NCBI GenBank assembly: GCA_030141605.1
Contig: JAQGDQ010000231.1
Span: forward strand, 248,001 to 312,000
From: Tubiluchus corallicola
Lineage: Eukaryota > Animalia > Priapulida
DNA length: 64,000 nucleotides
Direction: 5' to 3'
In this document: one piece after another, positions 1 to 13,190 of the stretch
How positions within the stretch are numbered: the stretch's first letter is position 1
Layout of the letters: every line of letters begins with the position of its first letter
The notes under the pieces: generated by a model
Told to the model about the DNA's origin: nothing
The model's database searches: none
What the model saw: only the letters and a program-made list of their open reading frames with translations
Program-made: the position numbers and the translations under genes

Positions 1-205
1 TATGTAAGCCAAGGGTTGTTATAATTGGCACGAGTATAATCTCTCTTTTTTAAATCTTAGCCAGAAAACCTAGTCAGTTGTCCCGCTACTCCCTTACAGC
101 TTTGCTAGATGATGAATTTTTTGGGTTGGCCCTATACAACGCGTCGCGCGTGCCACTTCTTACATTGCCTTGGTGACAAATCCACATCTCATTTAGTCTC
201 TATAA

Positions 206-1205
206 GGCCTGTGTCACGCAAAAAAGCTGTAAGGAGCAAGCTACAAGGCGTCTTCGATCTCCCTTTAAAGGCGCAAGTCGTAATCCGCAGTATAATCCGC
301 TCTGTCTAACTAGCAAGCCTTTTTTGCCACAATCTGTTTTTTGCCAGGAGACACGAAACTACTATATTTTAGTATACTAATAGTTACCATATTTATAGCT
401 TAATTTAATGTATCTATTTATAGCAAGATAGTCCTTAGTAACTAGATAGTAGGCTGAAACCACACACAATCACAAACCACACAATCTACAAACAGAATAA
501 AACAATACTTGCTCGATCATATTAAAAAAAGCCTCGCTGTAAGCTTAGAAATTTATGGGAAGTTTGTTTCATGTTCACATACAGACGACTAGATAATGCG
601 TTAATATGATAGAACGGTTTATTGTCAAATATTTGTATTAGTTTCAAATTTTATTGACGGTTGTTTAAGTGATATTACTCATTAGTCACTACAGAATAAC
701 AGATTTCTTTTTACGGAACAACAGATTTGTCAATCACATGCATTGTATAATACGACTGGTATGCGGCCTCCTGCATGTAGTATACGTCTCTTACGTCTGT
801 TGTTAATAATATATCATTCGTAAAAATGTGTAGTAAATATATGTGACATCAAACTTTTTAATGTTTGTGTTACGTCGGTATTATGAATTTTCATGATAAA
901 ATGAACTGTGTATAAAAAAAACTTAATTACACTAATTGTCACGTAAGCGACAAGCAAAAAAGCCTACGGCAAATAAAATTAATGGCCAAATTCATTTCAC
1001 GATAAGGCGCCTTATGCCCAAAACGGCTAGTAAGGAGTGTACCGCTGATTGTGGCAAAGGCAAGCCGCGATGGGCAGTAAATGGCAAATGGATCATCTGT
1101 GTGACAGGGCCCAATAAACAGAGCATATTAATTTTTTACAAGGCGCCCTTTTCTCCTCGCGGCTTACGCCTTACGGTTTACGTCCAGCTCTGTGTGAGAC
1201 GGGCC
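206..1205. mobile_element. Non-autonomous PIF/Harbinger-type DNA transposon (about 1 kb)
   Basis: Terminal inverted repeats GGCCTGTGTCACGCA (206) and, on the reverse strand, GGCCCGTCTCACACA (ends 1205) match at 12/15. TAA flanks both sides (203-205, 1206-1208), the typical Harbinger 3-bp TSD. Subterminal TAAGGCG/CGCCTTA-like motifs recur; no transposase ORF. Confidence 0.75.
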
Positions 1206-1789
1206 TAAATAGGCGCAGCAATATCATGCATGTATTATATTACATATCTTTCCTGGTCTCAAATTGCATTATCATAATTACGCTTACGCACTGTCACAGT
1301 TTTATTAATGATCAAAATAAAGTCTTGAACTGATCAATTGAGCAACATACGACCGAGTAAGTACATTCTCCATCAACCCTTTATTGTCAGAAATAGGATG
1401 TTAGTAGTCATTCATTTCCCACAATACCCTGTATCGATTTTCGGAATGATGTATGGTTTAGCGAAGCCGACGAGTAGGAAAGATTTAATAAAGGCAATGA
1501 AGAATTAATCGACTCCGACAAGAAGTTTGTTGCTGTAGCGAGTAGCCAAGTTCAATAATAATAACATGAAAGCGAAAAGCGCGAAAATACTCGGCCATTA
1601 AGTTAAAGAGATTACACACAATGACTTTTAAACAGAAAGGGGAGGGACTGATAAATGAAAGAAAGGATTTGGCGGGCCAAAAGGGGAAACCATCAGAAAG
1701 TTTTCACGGAGAGTTTTTAACAGAAAAAGGCTAAAAATCATAGCTAGAACATGAGGCTAAGAAATATGTTAGAATGAAACAAAAAACTT

Positions 1790-2145
1790 GAAAGAGGTGC
1801 ATTTTGAAGACAGAACTAATAGGGAGAAAATGGAGTGAGGAAGTAAAGGAGTTTGAAAGAAAAAGAGAAAGTGAAAGAGAACGGGAAAAGAAGAAAGAGA
1901 AATAGGAAAAGGTGAGATATAAAAAGAGCAGGACAGAAAATGAAAAAGAAAGGTATTAAAATGTAAAGAATTATGAAATGTAAAGGAAAGAGAGAGAGGG
2001 AAGAGAAGAGAAGGAAGAGAGACAGCTAGAAATAGAAGGGAGACGTGAAAAAAGAAGAATGAGATGAAAATGGAAAGAGTGCTTGTGTGTGTGTGTGCGC
2101 GCGCGTGCGCACGTGCGTGCGTGCGTGTGTGTGTGTGTGTGTGTG
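1790..2145. repeat. Purine-rich low-complexity tract followed by a (GT)n/(GC)n microsatellite
   Basis: GA-rich tract about 1790-2080, then gtgtgt..gcgcgc..gtgt at about 2084-2145. Confidence 0.9.
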
Positions 2146-2494
2146 AGAACAGAAGCAAGCTAAACTGTGTCTGATGTATGAACCGAGTATTAATGTATGC
2201 TCTAGTGGCAAAACGTCAAATCGGTTTTGTCTTTCAGACACACCTTGAGCGATTTTCTCACATTCCTTCCCAGCACCTGAGGCATTTCCTGCGTTAATTA
2301 ACCTGCTCAAAGTGGAAGGAAGCCATGCAGTTTGCGCACACCACCAATATAGAAGCAGTGACGCGTTCAACACAATGGGTTGCTAATGAGTTTGGCTCGT
2401 TGCAGCTGCGCCTACAGTCAGAATCTGCATGCAGCAACAAACAACCGTCACACGTAAATACAGTGGTGGTGAAAAATAACATTCAGAAAATGTA

Positions 2495-2705
2495 TAAAAC
2501 AGGACCCAATCTTAAACTGTAAGCCAAAATAATCTACTCTTTAAAATATTGAAATGTGACACTATTTTTCCAGAATGCCTTACGTGAAAGAATTATTACC
2601 GCACAAACGCAATTTCGCGTTCGCACCACTAGCTCTTTGCTGTTACATGCATTTCGCCGTTCTCTAGTTAGACGGGCACTAGCGCCTGCATTTCCAAAAC
2701 GCAGG
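2495..2705 (+). mobile_element. Truncated copy A of a dispersed repeat family (other copies at 32.75 kb and 37.9 kb)
   Basis: Shares GGACCCAATCTTAAAC..AAAATATTGAAA..CGCAATTTCGCGTT..CTAGTTAGACGGGCACTAG with the two other copies. Confidence 0.8.
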
Positions 2706-4137
2706 TCGCGTTTTATGACCAGCTCGCGGGATCGAACTTACGACCTCCTATACGGAAAGCAGACACTTTATCTTTCATACGATATCGTCTGTTATATATC
2801 CAGGGGTAAGATCAACATTCGACAAATTCACCCGCACCCTCTAAAACTCTCAGATGCCGTCTGTGTCGCTGAATATTTCATACATTCATCAATGTCACCA
2901 CCACAGGCTTAAATTCTCCGATATGAGTAATTAACAATAAACGAACGTATTCACCACACAAAACACTTTGAAATATAACTTTTGCAGGCATTATGACATT
3001 TCCTAGATTTAAATTGTATATAAAATGCAAATCATTATATAAAATGCCTAGGAAAACAACAAAACAATTGACAAATCTGACAGAAATAAAATAAATCTGT
3101 TTTATTTCTACATTAACTAAAATTCAGTAACTAGGAAAGTGTATCCAAAATCTAAGAATTACATACTTTGTATGTAAACCTAAACAAACTTTTGCATTAA
3201 TATCTACGAAAAGTGGTTTGTTTTGGGCTCCATAAAATGAATTGGCATTCTACCGAATGCCCCTTTTCCCACTTTGCTTGCAACATATACAAAAAAGTGC
3301 TTGAATTACATATTAATGTTAAAGCGATATTATAGGTCTTGCGCAAAAATGACTTAACAAATATATTGGCAGCTCTTAATTTTCATAATATTTCAACTCT
3401 CCTTGGCGCAGTTGTCATCATTTTTACCAATATAGTAACGGCGAATACACATAATATCTTATTACAAAATGTAACGAAAAGAAATCGCAAACAAAAAATG
3501 CCGGTTTTTTCATTACATCTGATGCTGAGTCCCGCAGGGAGAGTTGACATTATTATGAATAAAATTTTAGCAGCTTTTAAGTCACTTCTGTAGTCATTTC
3601 CTTGAATTGTGTTAACTTTTACGTACCCAAAATTTTCTTTACGTGCTTCCGGGCCAGGTTAGTAAAGGGTAACTAAACTGGAGTGGAACAGCTGAATATA
3701 ACTAAAATCTAAATAATTTAGCTCATTTAGTTGTTTATATTTATTCATTCTTTCGTTTTGTTGTTGTTGTTTATTATTTGTTTATTTGTGTTTGTGTAAG
3801 TTTTTTCGCTGCTAATCGAGCCAAGTTATTGAAGAGTAACTCGAGTGGGATGGGAACAATAACTGAATTTCGCTAACATCCAATTAATTTAACTTATTCA
3901 TTAGTTTATTCATTTTTTATTGTTATTGTTGTTTGTTCGTTTGGTTACTTACTTATTCGTTTGAATATTGTTTATTTACTTATTTACTTAAAAACATGTA
4001 TTTACGTCCTGTTTATTTCGTCATTTGCCATCACTTTACTTGTTCATGTCGTCACTGTTGCTGATATTTTTAAATGATTACCGATGTAAATTTTAATGTA
4101 GTGAATGTGCCTCTAAACGTTTTTTGTCTTCTTACAG

Positions 4138-4967
4138 GTGTATCTGTTGCCTCTAGCATCTATTCTCTGACTGCTCTAAGTCTAGATAGGTACCTAGCCG
4201 TCAAGCATCCAGCGCTGTTCCGAAGAGTTAGCAACCCCAGCAATGGTGTCAAACTGCTCGGACTCATTTGGTTAACGTCCATGATATTCATGATGCCTCT
4301 CCTCTACATCCGTCGTGTCTTCTCTGATGACATCGAAGAGTTTCACATCGTCATCTCTTTCTGCATCGAAACGTGGTCAACCAATGGAATACAAAATGCC
4401 TTTGCTATTTTTATGCTTGTCATGGTGTACACCATCCCCTGTTCTGTTGTCATTTATTGCCACTACGTAGTGTGTCGTACTCTCAGAACGGAGATGATCA
4501 GGGAAGACTCGGACTGCAATGGCACTGGTCATAAAGTGAGTCGACGTAGCATTGCTCGCATGTTAATAGCTCTAGTGACATGCTTCGTGTTGTGTTGGCT
4601 TCCGTATAATATCACCTCGCTTTGGTTTGACTTGCAAGCTAACGTTCACGCCAGCAATGTCTTACCATTTACTTTGCTGCTTGCTCATGCCAACAGTGCG
4701 GTGAATCCGATTATATTTTGGTTGCTCAACAATCACTTCCGTAGCGGCATGAACCGCGTCATTAGTTGTAGATGGTCCACTCGGTATCTGGTTAAGAAGC
4801 GAAACACAAATCCTCAGATTGTCATCCATCAAGCACCGGCCTGTCAACCAATGTGTGAAGGAGGCGATGAGTCCAGTTCTTACGGTTATGGCAATCGAAG
4901 TTATGACACAAATTGTGCAGCCTGTCGACATGCTAAGAACAAACAGAACGCAGGGGCGCGTGTATGA
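4138..4967 (+). CDS. Terminal coding exon (TM3-TM7 and C-tail) of a class A peptide GPCR, neuropeptide-receptor-like (NPFF/SIFamide/orexin/QRFP neighbourhood, ligand not assignable)
   Basis: Acceptor ttgtcttcttacag ends at 4137. Translation GVSVASSIYSLTALSLDRY (DRY), TM4 Trp, ECL2 Cys (FCIETW), TM5 YTIP, TM6 CWLP, TM7 HANSAVNPIIF; stop at 4965-4967. The ORF part before 4138 is intronic. TM1-TM2 exons were not found in the window. Confidence 0.9.
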
Positions 4968-7900
4968 CCAGAACATGTTCAATTCGCGTTCTTATTAGCT
5001 ACAATCACTGTGATTTTGACATACATATTAAGTTTGTTCATTTGGCCTGTTTGAATGTAATTATACGCATTAATCGAGTTCCACTTTATACTTATAAAAA
5101 TAGATCGTTTTAACAAATCAAAATTGTATCTCAAAGTATGAGAATCCTGTCTATGTTTTGGGCATGTTTCCAACACAAGGTCTGTTCTGAACTGAATCAA
5201 TCCACATTTGAGCATGCATTTTGCTTTTAAGTATTTTTCATTAACTCAGTCTGCCTAATCTAACCAAGCACAATTCATCCAAGTGTTCTATTCTTATGGA
5301 TCCGAATCTGGTCAGGCCTTGCATGTATAATCCTAGATGCTTTGACCAGCTACCTCACAACCAGTTACCAAAAAGAATAGTTTTTTCAGTTCACTCGCAA
5401 AACTGCATGTTTTGAAGAATGCAAATTGAATCATCACTCGTAAGCCCTGTCTTAGTCCTGAATGTTGTAATATGTGCGTTCAAGCAAGCATTGCATGTAG
5501 CCTTGTGTAGTGGAATCAATCTTAAATATTTGTCTAGTTTTCTGAGCAGAGTCAACTATTAACTGGCTTCTCGTAATCACAGCTTATACCGTAAGCAGTA
5601 TGTAACTTACACTGAAATGTCTGTCGTTATATTTGCCCTGAGTAATTCCATAATTTACTCTTTGAGTACTGGCACAATTGCGCATGTACTCCATATTAGA
5701 CACTTGTAATCAGTCAAAACTTCGTCTCGTATAAAGAGTTTTGGATGAAGGGCTTTTATTTTACTGGATGTTCATTCCAATACCGCGATGATGCCAAAAA
5801 ATTACGGACAAATTAAAATAATTTCAAAGATTTCAATTTACACAAAAGAGAAGAGATTTCATAAAATTTCATATTAGTGAAACAACCGATTTATAGCTTA
5901 CTATTTTTTGTGGTCTTACCGAATAATGATAGATAACAAATAAACACAATGAAATTCAAGAAGATTTTGCTTTCGCAATATTAATTAAAATAGATTCAAT
6001 ACCGACTACATACGTTATAAAACTGCTAAATTTAAACTTCCGATTTTGATTTTTTTGTATTAGAGTACACATACAGGAATTTTGTAAATAATTAAAGTAT
6101 TATTTTATTTAAAGATTGGGTATGGACATATGGTTTGCTTATTATCATTATTAAACTGTTTAAATCTATTAATACGTTTATCGAGCTCCTATATTTTTAT
6201 AGTTATTATTATTATTGTGAATTTTGTCTTTGAGTTGCTCATGTTTGATGAAATATAAATTTAGATTTTTGTCTCAGTTTTGTTTTTGAAACTTTCGAAC
6301 TCTTACGCGAACTGCGAGGGTACAAAACTTTACACAGTCTTATGATGAGCGAAACAATTAAATTCCTTGTCAAATTTAACTGCATTATTTTGGCGTCATT
6401 TTGTACTAAATTAAAGGACAAAAAAGCACTTTTCAGTAAACAAAGTTTAAAAAACTCGTTTTGAAATTTCATGTCGCTTACATGTTGTCTTGTTGAATAA
6501 TGGAGCTTGCGTTAGCAGCAACGCAGTATAAAACTCAGTGTTAAGCCCAGCCATTTTAACGGTAAGTGGTTTGAAACAAGTTCAGATTAGCATTGCGTAA
6601 AGTTTGAACAAATAATCAAAGCATTCGTAATCCGCTCTTCGCTAAGTAAAAGTATAAATTAGATCTATACTGATCTAATAATAATTGATCAAGAATAAGA
6701 TCAATAGTGTTTTTTGCTGAACCAGTGGACTGTGGTGCACTTTGGGATGATGTTACAGGGACGTTTTATTAGCTAGCTCGAAAATTTTTAAATTGTTAAG
6801 AATGTTCTTGTCTATTTATATATGCCTTTCAAGCAGGTAAGCATAACGCTAAGTAATTTAACCTTGTAAGGAAAGTTTTTTTCTTAAAAGGCATACTTAA
6901 AAATTCCCTTTTCTTCCCCTTTAAAGTCTCGACATGCTATTAGTTTTCCCTAGAAACTGGCATAAAATTCGATACTATTGTTAATTTATGTAATAATGGG
7001 AATAAAATGACACACACTATCGTATCCATTGCAATTTCGCTCGCAGACATGCTTCTAGATTTACTCTGTTTAAGTAAAACAAAATTGGAATATTATATAA
7101 TTGGCTAATCTGTTATCGAATGACTCATATAGACGTAGCTAATCACATATTTAGTCTTTGTCGGAAGTGGTGCTGACAAACTACTGGCGTAGCAGTGTCT
7201 GGCTTCGTATTGGATTAACTGCTTAGTTTACCTGTCTTAAAAACAAATTTCTTTTATTTTTGAATTCCGTCTCGTTAATGTCTGTAACAGACGTAATAAA
7301 AATAATAAAACAGCAAACCTTTTCGTGTAAACTTGATTTGCAAGAGATACCTAGTTTCATTGTATCCGATGACAAAATAAACGATTTCCGGTTTTTCTGA
7401 CAAATCTTGTTAATCTTGCAAAGAAAATCAGACTCACTAACTATCTGGCCTGAGAATATTAACTTTATTTCTTGCGTGTGACAAGTGTGACTACAAGGCT
7501 TGTAAAAGCAGGGAAGTGGGGCAGGAAAAAGGAGAATAAAACTAGAAGGTTATTGCATCTTAACAAAAAAGTGCCCGGCCCACCAGTTTTATCCTCTCGA
7601 GAGAAACGCAAACTTATTTGCTATTCCCCGGACGGTGGAGGGGGGTGTTAACTATAGTGTGCTGACAGCCTGAAACGCTTGTTTCAACAATTTGGATCAA
7701 GTTAAACTAATTTAAACAAGCGACGAACACATATGTGGGACCGGGATCTGACAAGTATGAAAGATTGATAACAAACGAACCACGTGCCTTAACGATATTC
7801 GAGTGTAGAGTTTGTGTATGTATTGTAGCTTATTCAGTAACTAAATCATTTAAAATAACACACATTTAAAATATTAGTAAAAGGGTGAACTAATGTTTAA

Positions 7901-9399
7901 AAATAGTGTACAGTGATGTCAAATAAAAATAAATAAATATAGTACATTAACAAAATCACTCCTATATCATACTATGCAAATACCTATCCGAAGAAGTAAA
8001 ATATTTCGTAATTCTTTAATCAAACTTACTAAATAGAGCTGTTAGAGTTTACGACACCATTACAATAATTATAATAGGATATTCTCAGATAATGGGAAAA
8101 ATGGGCAGAAGACAGATCAATGCATATATGGGTGTACAACTTTCTATATTGTTGTAGTGTGTATACGAAGAAGACCAAGAACAAGAGATTAAAATATGGG
8201 CATAAGTATTACAAAGATTTTACATTATGATTTTGCAATTATTATATGAGATGATTGTATTAAAGAATTACATTAGTAACGGATGAATACGTTTGCCTAC
8301 TACATTATAACAGTTAACAGCCTAGCTAATAATACATGATATGATTAGAAATGTATACAAGCTAGATTTCATACTATGTAATCATAGTTTTATAAGGAAG
8401 TTACGGGATATCGTTGATAATAAGTCTCCGGGAGATGACATTCATTGTCCAGATTGCTGACAAAATAAATAGTGATCACAAGAAGTCGATTTGGTATTAA
8501 TAGGTTTAATTGCCGATTGCTGATTAGAGTAAATAGACAGAACGCGAAATATTACGACTTATTGTTCACGATGCGAAGCGTGTTCACTTGTTCACATATT
8601 ATCCTGTTTGCGACGGCGGATCCAAGTAACCAGATTTATTACAAAATAGACACGGTGCATCGAGATTCGCCATATCGGCGCATTTCTCGACAACTGTATC
8701 TTGAAATTACTGTGCTGTAAAGATGTACGGTTATATTTTAATTATTTACTTATGCCATTTATTCGTATTCATGAGGTGCAAACAACACAAAAAATAACAA
8801 TAAATGCTTGAAAAAGAGAAAAATGAGACAAATTACAGCATAGTTTAAGCTGTACAATGTGCATGGTGAATGTTAACTGGAAAAAAGGAAAAGGAAAAAT
8901 CATTATGAACTAAAGACATAGCCAGATAATTAAAAATTTCAACTAACTGGATCTTCTGAAAAAAATACTTGGCCTCTACAGCACATTTCTTTTATAAAGG
9001 TAATAAGTGTGCAATAAGCTTTAATTGGAATAAATCAATAGTAAACTGTTCTTGAAAGCAAATCAAAGACAGTACTACTTGTGCTATCGTTAGGCTATTC
9101 TATAGTCAAAAGAATTGACTATCGTTAAACAAAATTAATAGTCTCTCAGCCTACTTAAAGCTAATAAACTACTGAAATTGTCTTAGAAGAAATCTTTTGT
9201 ATGTGCTTCTAAGAGACATTATCAAGCAATCAATTTCAAAATCATACAAGTGCAACCTCGGAATTGAAGGCTTCATTGAAGTTCAGACAATGAAAACAAT
9301 GAAATATGACATACCTTCCGTTTACAAGGCTAAAATCAACTACGAATTGTAACGAATGTTCTGAAGGTCTATCTATGATAATGTCTTAAATTTCTTGAC

Positions 9400-9520
9400 A
9401 TAAGGTCTGGTGGACTTACTAATGGTGCACTGAAGAATAAGGACTTTTCTTACTTAATGTACTTTGACTTTGTATAAGCATTTACAAGGTTATAAACATG
9501 AAAGTATTAATATATGGTTA
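9400..9520 (+). pseudogene. Very degenerate CR1-like reverse transcriptase fragment
   Basis: atgtactttgactttgtataagcatttacaagg reads MYFDFV*AFTR, resembling the YLDFSKAFD RT motif. Confidence 0.35.
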
Positions 9521-10877
9521 CTAGATAGAGTGGGCCTACTGTCGCTTTTGGTTGGTTTACGAATAGGTATACCGACTCATTCATTAACTGACTCAGATTC
9601 TGGTTTCTTTGATTTGCACACAGGATAGTTGATTGTAAAGATTCATTCCTAGCTTGTTAGGTATATGAAACTGTGCATTGGTTGTGATATTGGTAAAGAG
9701 ATTAATGAATTTTAGTTAAGAAACTAGTTGGTGTTTTCCTTCAGCATAACACCATTGATAAGTAGTTCACATACATACTTTTCCGAGTGATTCAAAATAC
9801 TCAAGACTCTCTCACCCTATCTCGTTCTCTCTCTCCCCTGCCCTCTCCTTCCCTTTCTCGCTCTGGTTCGGTTTTCTTTTTCTCTCAATCTCTCGGCAGC
9901 CTACTCTTCATAATTTTCCCATTTGCTCAATAACAGTAAATCTACGATAATAGCTGCCTTCACGTCTTTTCAAATCACTAGGGAGTTATGGTCAAGCCTA
10001 AAATAACTCAGGCGTTGCAGTACAACAGAAAAATATCAAAACTTGCACGTTAGCAACAGAAATGCTACAAATAACTAATGTAAAAGTGCTAAAAAAAACT
10101 TGTCAAACAATAGTCTTTAGTTTCCGTATTATGTAAAGCCACGTGGGCAAAAGCTTCACAGGGGTTATTCTTGCACAAGTATTTTGCATCTTATGGCCGC
10201 ATGCACACAGACTGAATGCAATACGCTATTATAGCTGTCACTTCGAGTAAATGCAATCATTTTGTGTTTGACACTTAAATTTTCATCCATGGGCCTGCGT
10301 GTGACAGGTAAACCGAAAAATCTCTACATGTCCTTTACGGTTTTTATTAAATGGACAGTGGTAAGTAATATATGGATGATGTAGCATTAAGATAAGCATC
10401 ACTATCTCATATTAACTTCACAATGAACTAACTTATCTACGTGAACTTGATACTCGTAAGATCTCTTCACAAGCTCCAAAAACAACCTGCATTTATATTC
10501 ACTCGCTTAGTGGTGACAAATAAAAGCAACATCCAGCTTTTACTTGATGCTTAAAACAGCCTGCGGAGTCAGTCCGGTGCTGCTTATATCTCAAGTTCGA
10601 AGTTAATGTGTATTTCCGACGAGACGATAATTCTTATTTACCCCTGGCATGTAAAGTAATGTTGATGACTGGTAAATAATCACTCGGCATCAGAGACACC
10701 AAAGGATACATAGCTTGTCAGCAGTCGGGCTTGCCATGCTAACTAGGCAGTTAACATGAAAAAGCAACTATATTGGACATAATTCCACATTAGGATCCAC
10801 TCTAACATTCACAGGTCTTAAGGTCACCGAGTTCGCGGTTGTCAGCCTTAGTTATTAATCAATACCATTTAGGTACC

Positions 10878-11900
10878 ATCACTGTCACTCACTCGTTACA
10901 GTCCATTACATGTCACTTAAAGTTGCAACGCGTTACTGTCCATTACATGCATCCTGGTCACTCAAAGCTGCAACTCGTTACTGTCCATCACATGCATCAT
11001 GGTCACTCAAAGCTGCAACTCGTTACTGTCCATTACATGTCACTCAAAGCTGCAACTCGTTACTGTCCATCACATGCATCATGGTCACTCAAAGCTGCAA
11101 CTCGTTACTGTCCATCACATGCATCATGGTCACTCAAAGCTGCAACTCATTACTGTCCATCACATGCATCATCGTCACTCAAAGCTGCAACTCGTTACTG
11201 TCCATCACATGCATCATGGTCACTCAAAGCTGCAACTCGCAACTGTCAATCAGAGGTCATCATTGTCGCTCAAAGATGCAACTCGTCTCTGTCAATCAGA
11301 AGTCATCACAGTCACTCAAAGCTGCCACTCATTAATGTCACTCAGAGGTCATCACTGTCACTCAAAGATGCCACCCATCACCGTCAATCAGAGGTCATCA
11401 GGGTCACTTAAAGCTGTAACTAGTCACTGTCAATCGAAGGTCATCGTTATCACTTATACATGTTACTCATCACTTAGAGGCCATTATGGTAACTCAAAGT
11501 TGTCACTTGTCATTGTCAATTAAAGGTCGTCATGGTTACTCAAAGCTACCACACGTCACTGTCAATCAGAGGTAATCCTGGCCACTCAAAGCTACTACTA
11601 GTCATTGTTAATTAGAGGTCATCATGGTCACTCAAAGTTATCACTCATTACTCTGAATCACATGTCATCGTGGTTACCCAAAGCTGCCACTCATCACTGT
11701 CAATCAGAAGTCATCATGGTTATTCAAAGCTGCCACTCATCCCTGTCAATCAGAGGTCATCCTGGTTACTCATAGCTATCGGATCATTAAAAATAACACA
11801 TTAACAATATTAGTAAAAATGTGAACTAATATTTAAAATTGTCATCATGATCCCTCAAAGCTGCCACTCATCACTATCAATCAAAAGTCACCATGATCAC
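10878..11900. repeat. Minisatellite, 45-46 bp unit GTCACTCAAAGCTGCAACTCGTTACTGTCCATCACATGCATCATG, roughly 20 copies
   Basis: Near-identical units at about 10955-11240 and diverged 46-bp units beyond. Explains the 15-aa periodic ORFs in all three + frames. Confidence 0.95.
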
Positions 11901-12515
11901 AGAAACATGAAGGTGAAGTCATAGTGCTACCACGTTTGAGCCAAAAAATCATTGCTTTTGCTGGTTTCATGTTAGAAATCACATTGTTTTGCCTTGGTTA
12001 CTGAAACATATAGACTGTATGGCTGAAATAACGACCTCATCTTATTAGAATCATACATTTCATTAAAACTTAAGTGAAAGAATGCACACCAGTTTGACAA
12101 TAAGAACTGTTTTCTTATTGTTTTATTTAATACAATTTCTTAACATCCTTGAAGGTACAAAGTTGACTGAAATTATGAAAATATAAGCAAAGTATCAACA
12201 ATAAACAATGGCAGACGAATCAGCCTAAATTTCAGATCAATTTCAGCCTAACGCCTTGCAAATTCTGCATGGTACAATCAATAAGAGATCAGTAAGTTCG
12301 CCATTGATTGTGAAGTGACAGTCTTCTCATCCACTTCAAAGGAAAACAACAACATAATCATCTTCTGTTGTTGAGTAATGAGTATCTTTGTCATCACGTA
12401 ATCACAATTACGTGCTTGTTAACCTTCTGAGAAAAACTGATACTCTTTCGTCACTGCAAACGTTAAACATTTACTCAAAGTTCAGCACTATATTTTGCAC
12501 ATGATACTAGTCAAG

Positions 12516-12754
12516 CTACTCATCGCCATCTTGCGGAAAATCCAATTCATCGGTTTCCTCTTCAACGGAATCAGTTCCACCTCGCTCTTCAACAATCTCC
12601 ACCTGCACAATACCTGTCCAGAAGGCATAGCTGACCATAGCGACAATGGCCACAATGGCAGCTACAATTTTTTTCCGTCGAGAGTCTGGGAACTCAAGAA
12701 GGCGAGCCTGCTCTTTCTTTCTCTGTTCCTCCGTTTTCTGTTGTTCCTCAATTT
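12516..12754 (-). CDS. MTX1: Metaxin-1-like, exon 8 (terminal; C-terminal membrane anchor)
   Basis: Acceptor ttttttatctgcag; phase 1 matches exon 7 (G|AA = Glu). EFPDSRRKKIVAAIVAIVAMVSYAFWTGIVQV resembles the metaxin-1 tail as I recall it (EEPYRRRNQILSVLAGLAAMVGYALLSGIV); acidic end, then stop. Confidence 0.88.
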
Positions 12755-13129
12755 CTGCAGATAAAAAATTATTTACTGAAAAAATTGGACAATCTGTTAT
12801 CATATTACAGGGCAATCATTAGTACGCTAACAATGTGACTGACAAGCAAATTTGATTATTTCTCCTGATGACCTGATGACTGATCATAGAAAGATTTTAG
12901 ACATTTCTTTAGACAAGCATTAAACACGTTAATTATTGTGATCTTAATGTCATGACCATGACTGATGATGACATAAACCCACAAAAAATGAAATTTTGGT
13001 AGCAGATGGGAAACATGAAAAAGTGGAAAACAGCCTGGATTTGAATGAAATACCTTCTTCTTACAATATGGTTATCCAACTATAACTATAAGAAATGAAC
13101 TTTGGACTGCATAGCTCACTGGGGAATAT

Positions 13130-13190
13130 GGTGGGCCTAGTGGTCTAAGGTATTTGTAAGTTGAAGATCATTGGTTCAAATCCAGACTGT
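13130..13190 (+). mobile_element. tRNA-derived SINE head relic
   Basis: Box A-like GGGCCTAGTGG and box B GGTTCAAATCC at tRNA-like spacing, without a complete cloverleaf. Confidence 0.5.

Noticed and set aside
4074-4137. N-terminal 21 codons of the 297-aa ORF as the GPCR start
   Set aside because: This is intron sequence ending in a pyrimidine tract and AG; TM1-TM2 are missing, so the real start lies upstream.
10839-11523. His/Cys-rich repetitive ORFs of 141-190 aa
   Set aside because: They arise from a 45-bp tandem repeat open in all three frames, with no splice or homology support.
12860-12975. Clustered TGATGA/CTGA boxes suggesting a C/D snoRNA
   Set aside because: The boxes are on the strand opposite the host transcript, with no terminal stem or recognisable rRNA guide.
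13130-13190. Possible tRNA gene
   Set aside because: A and B boxes only, with no acceptor or anticodon stems; treated as a SINE relic.
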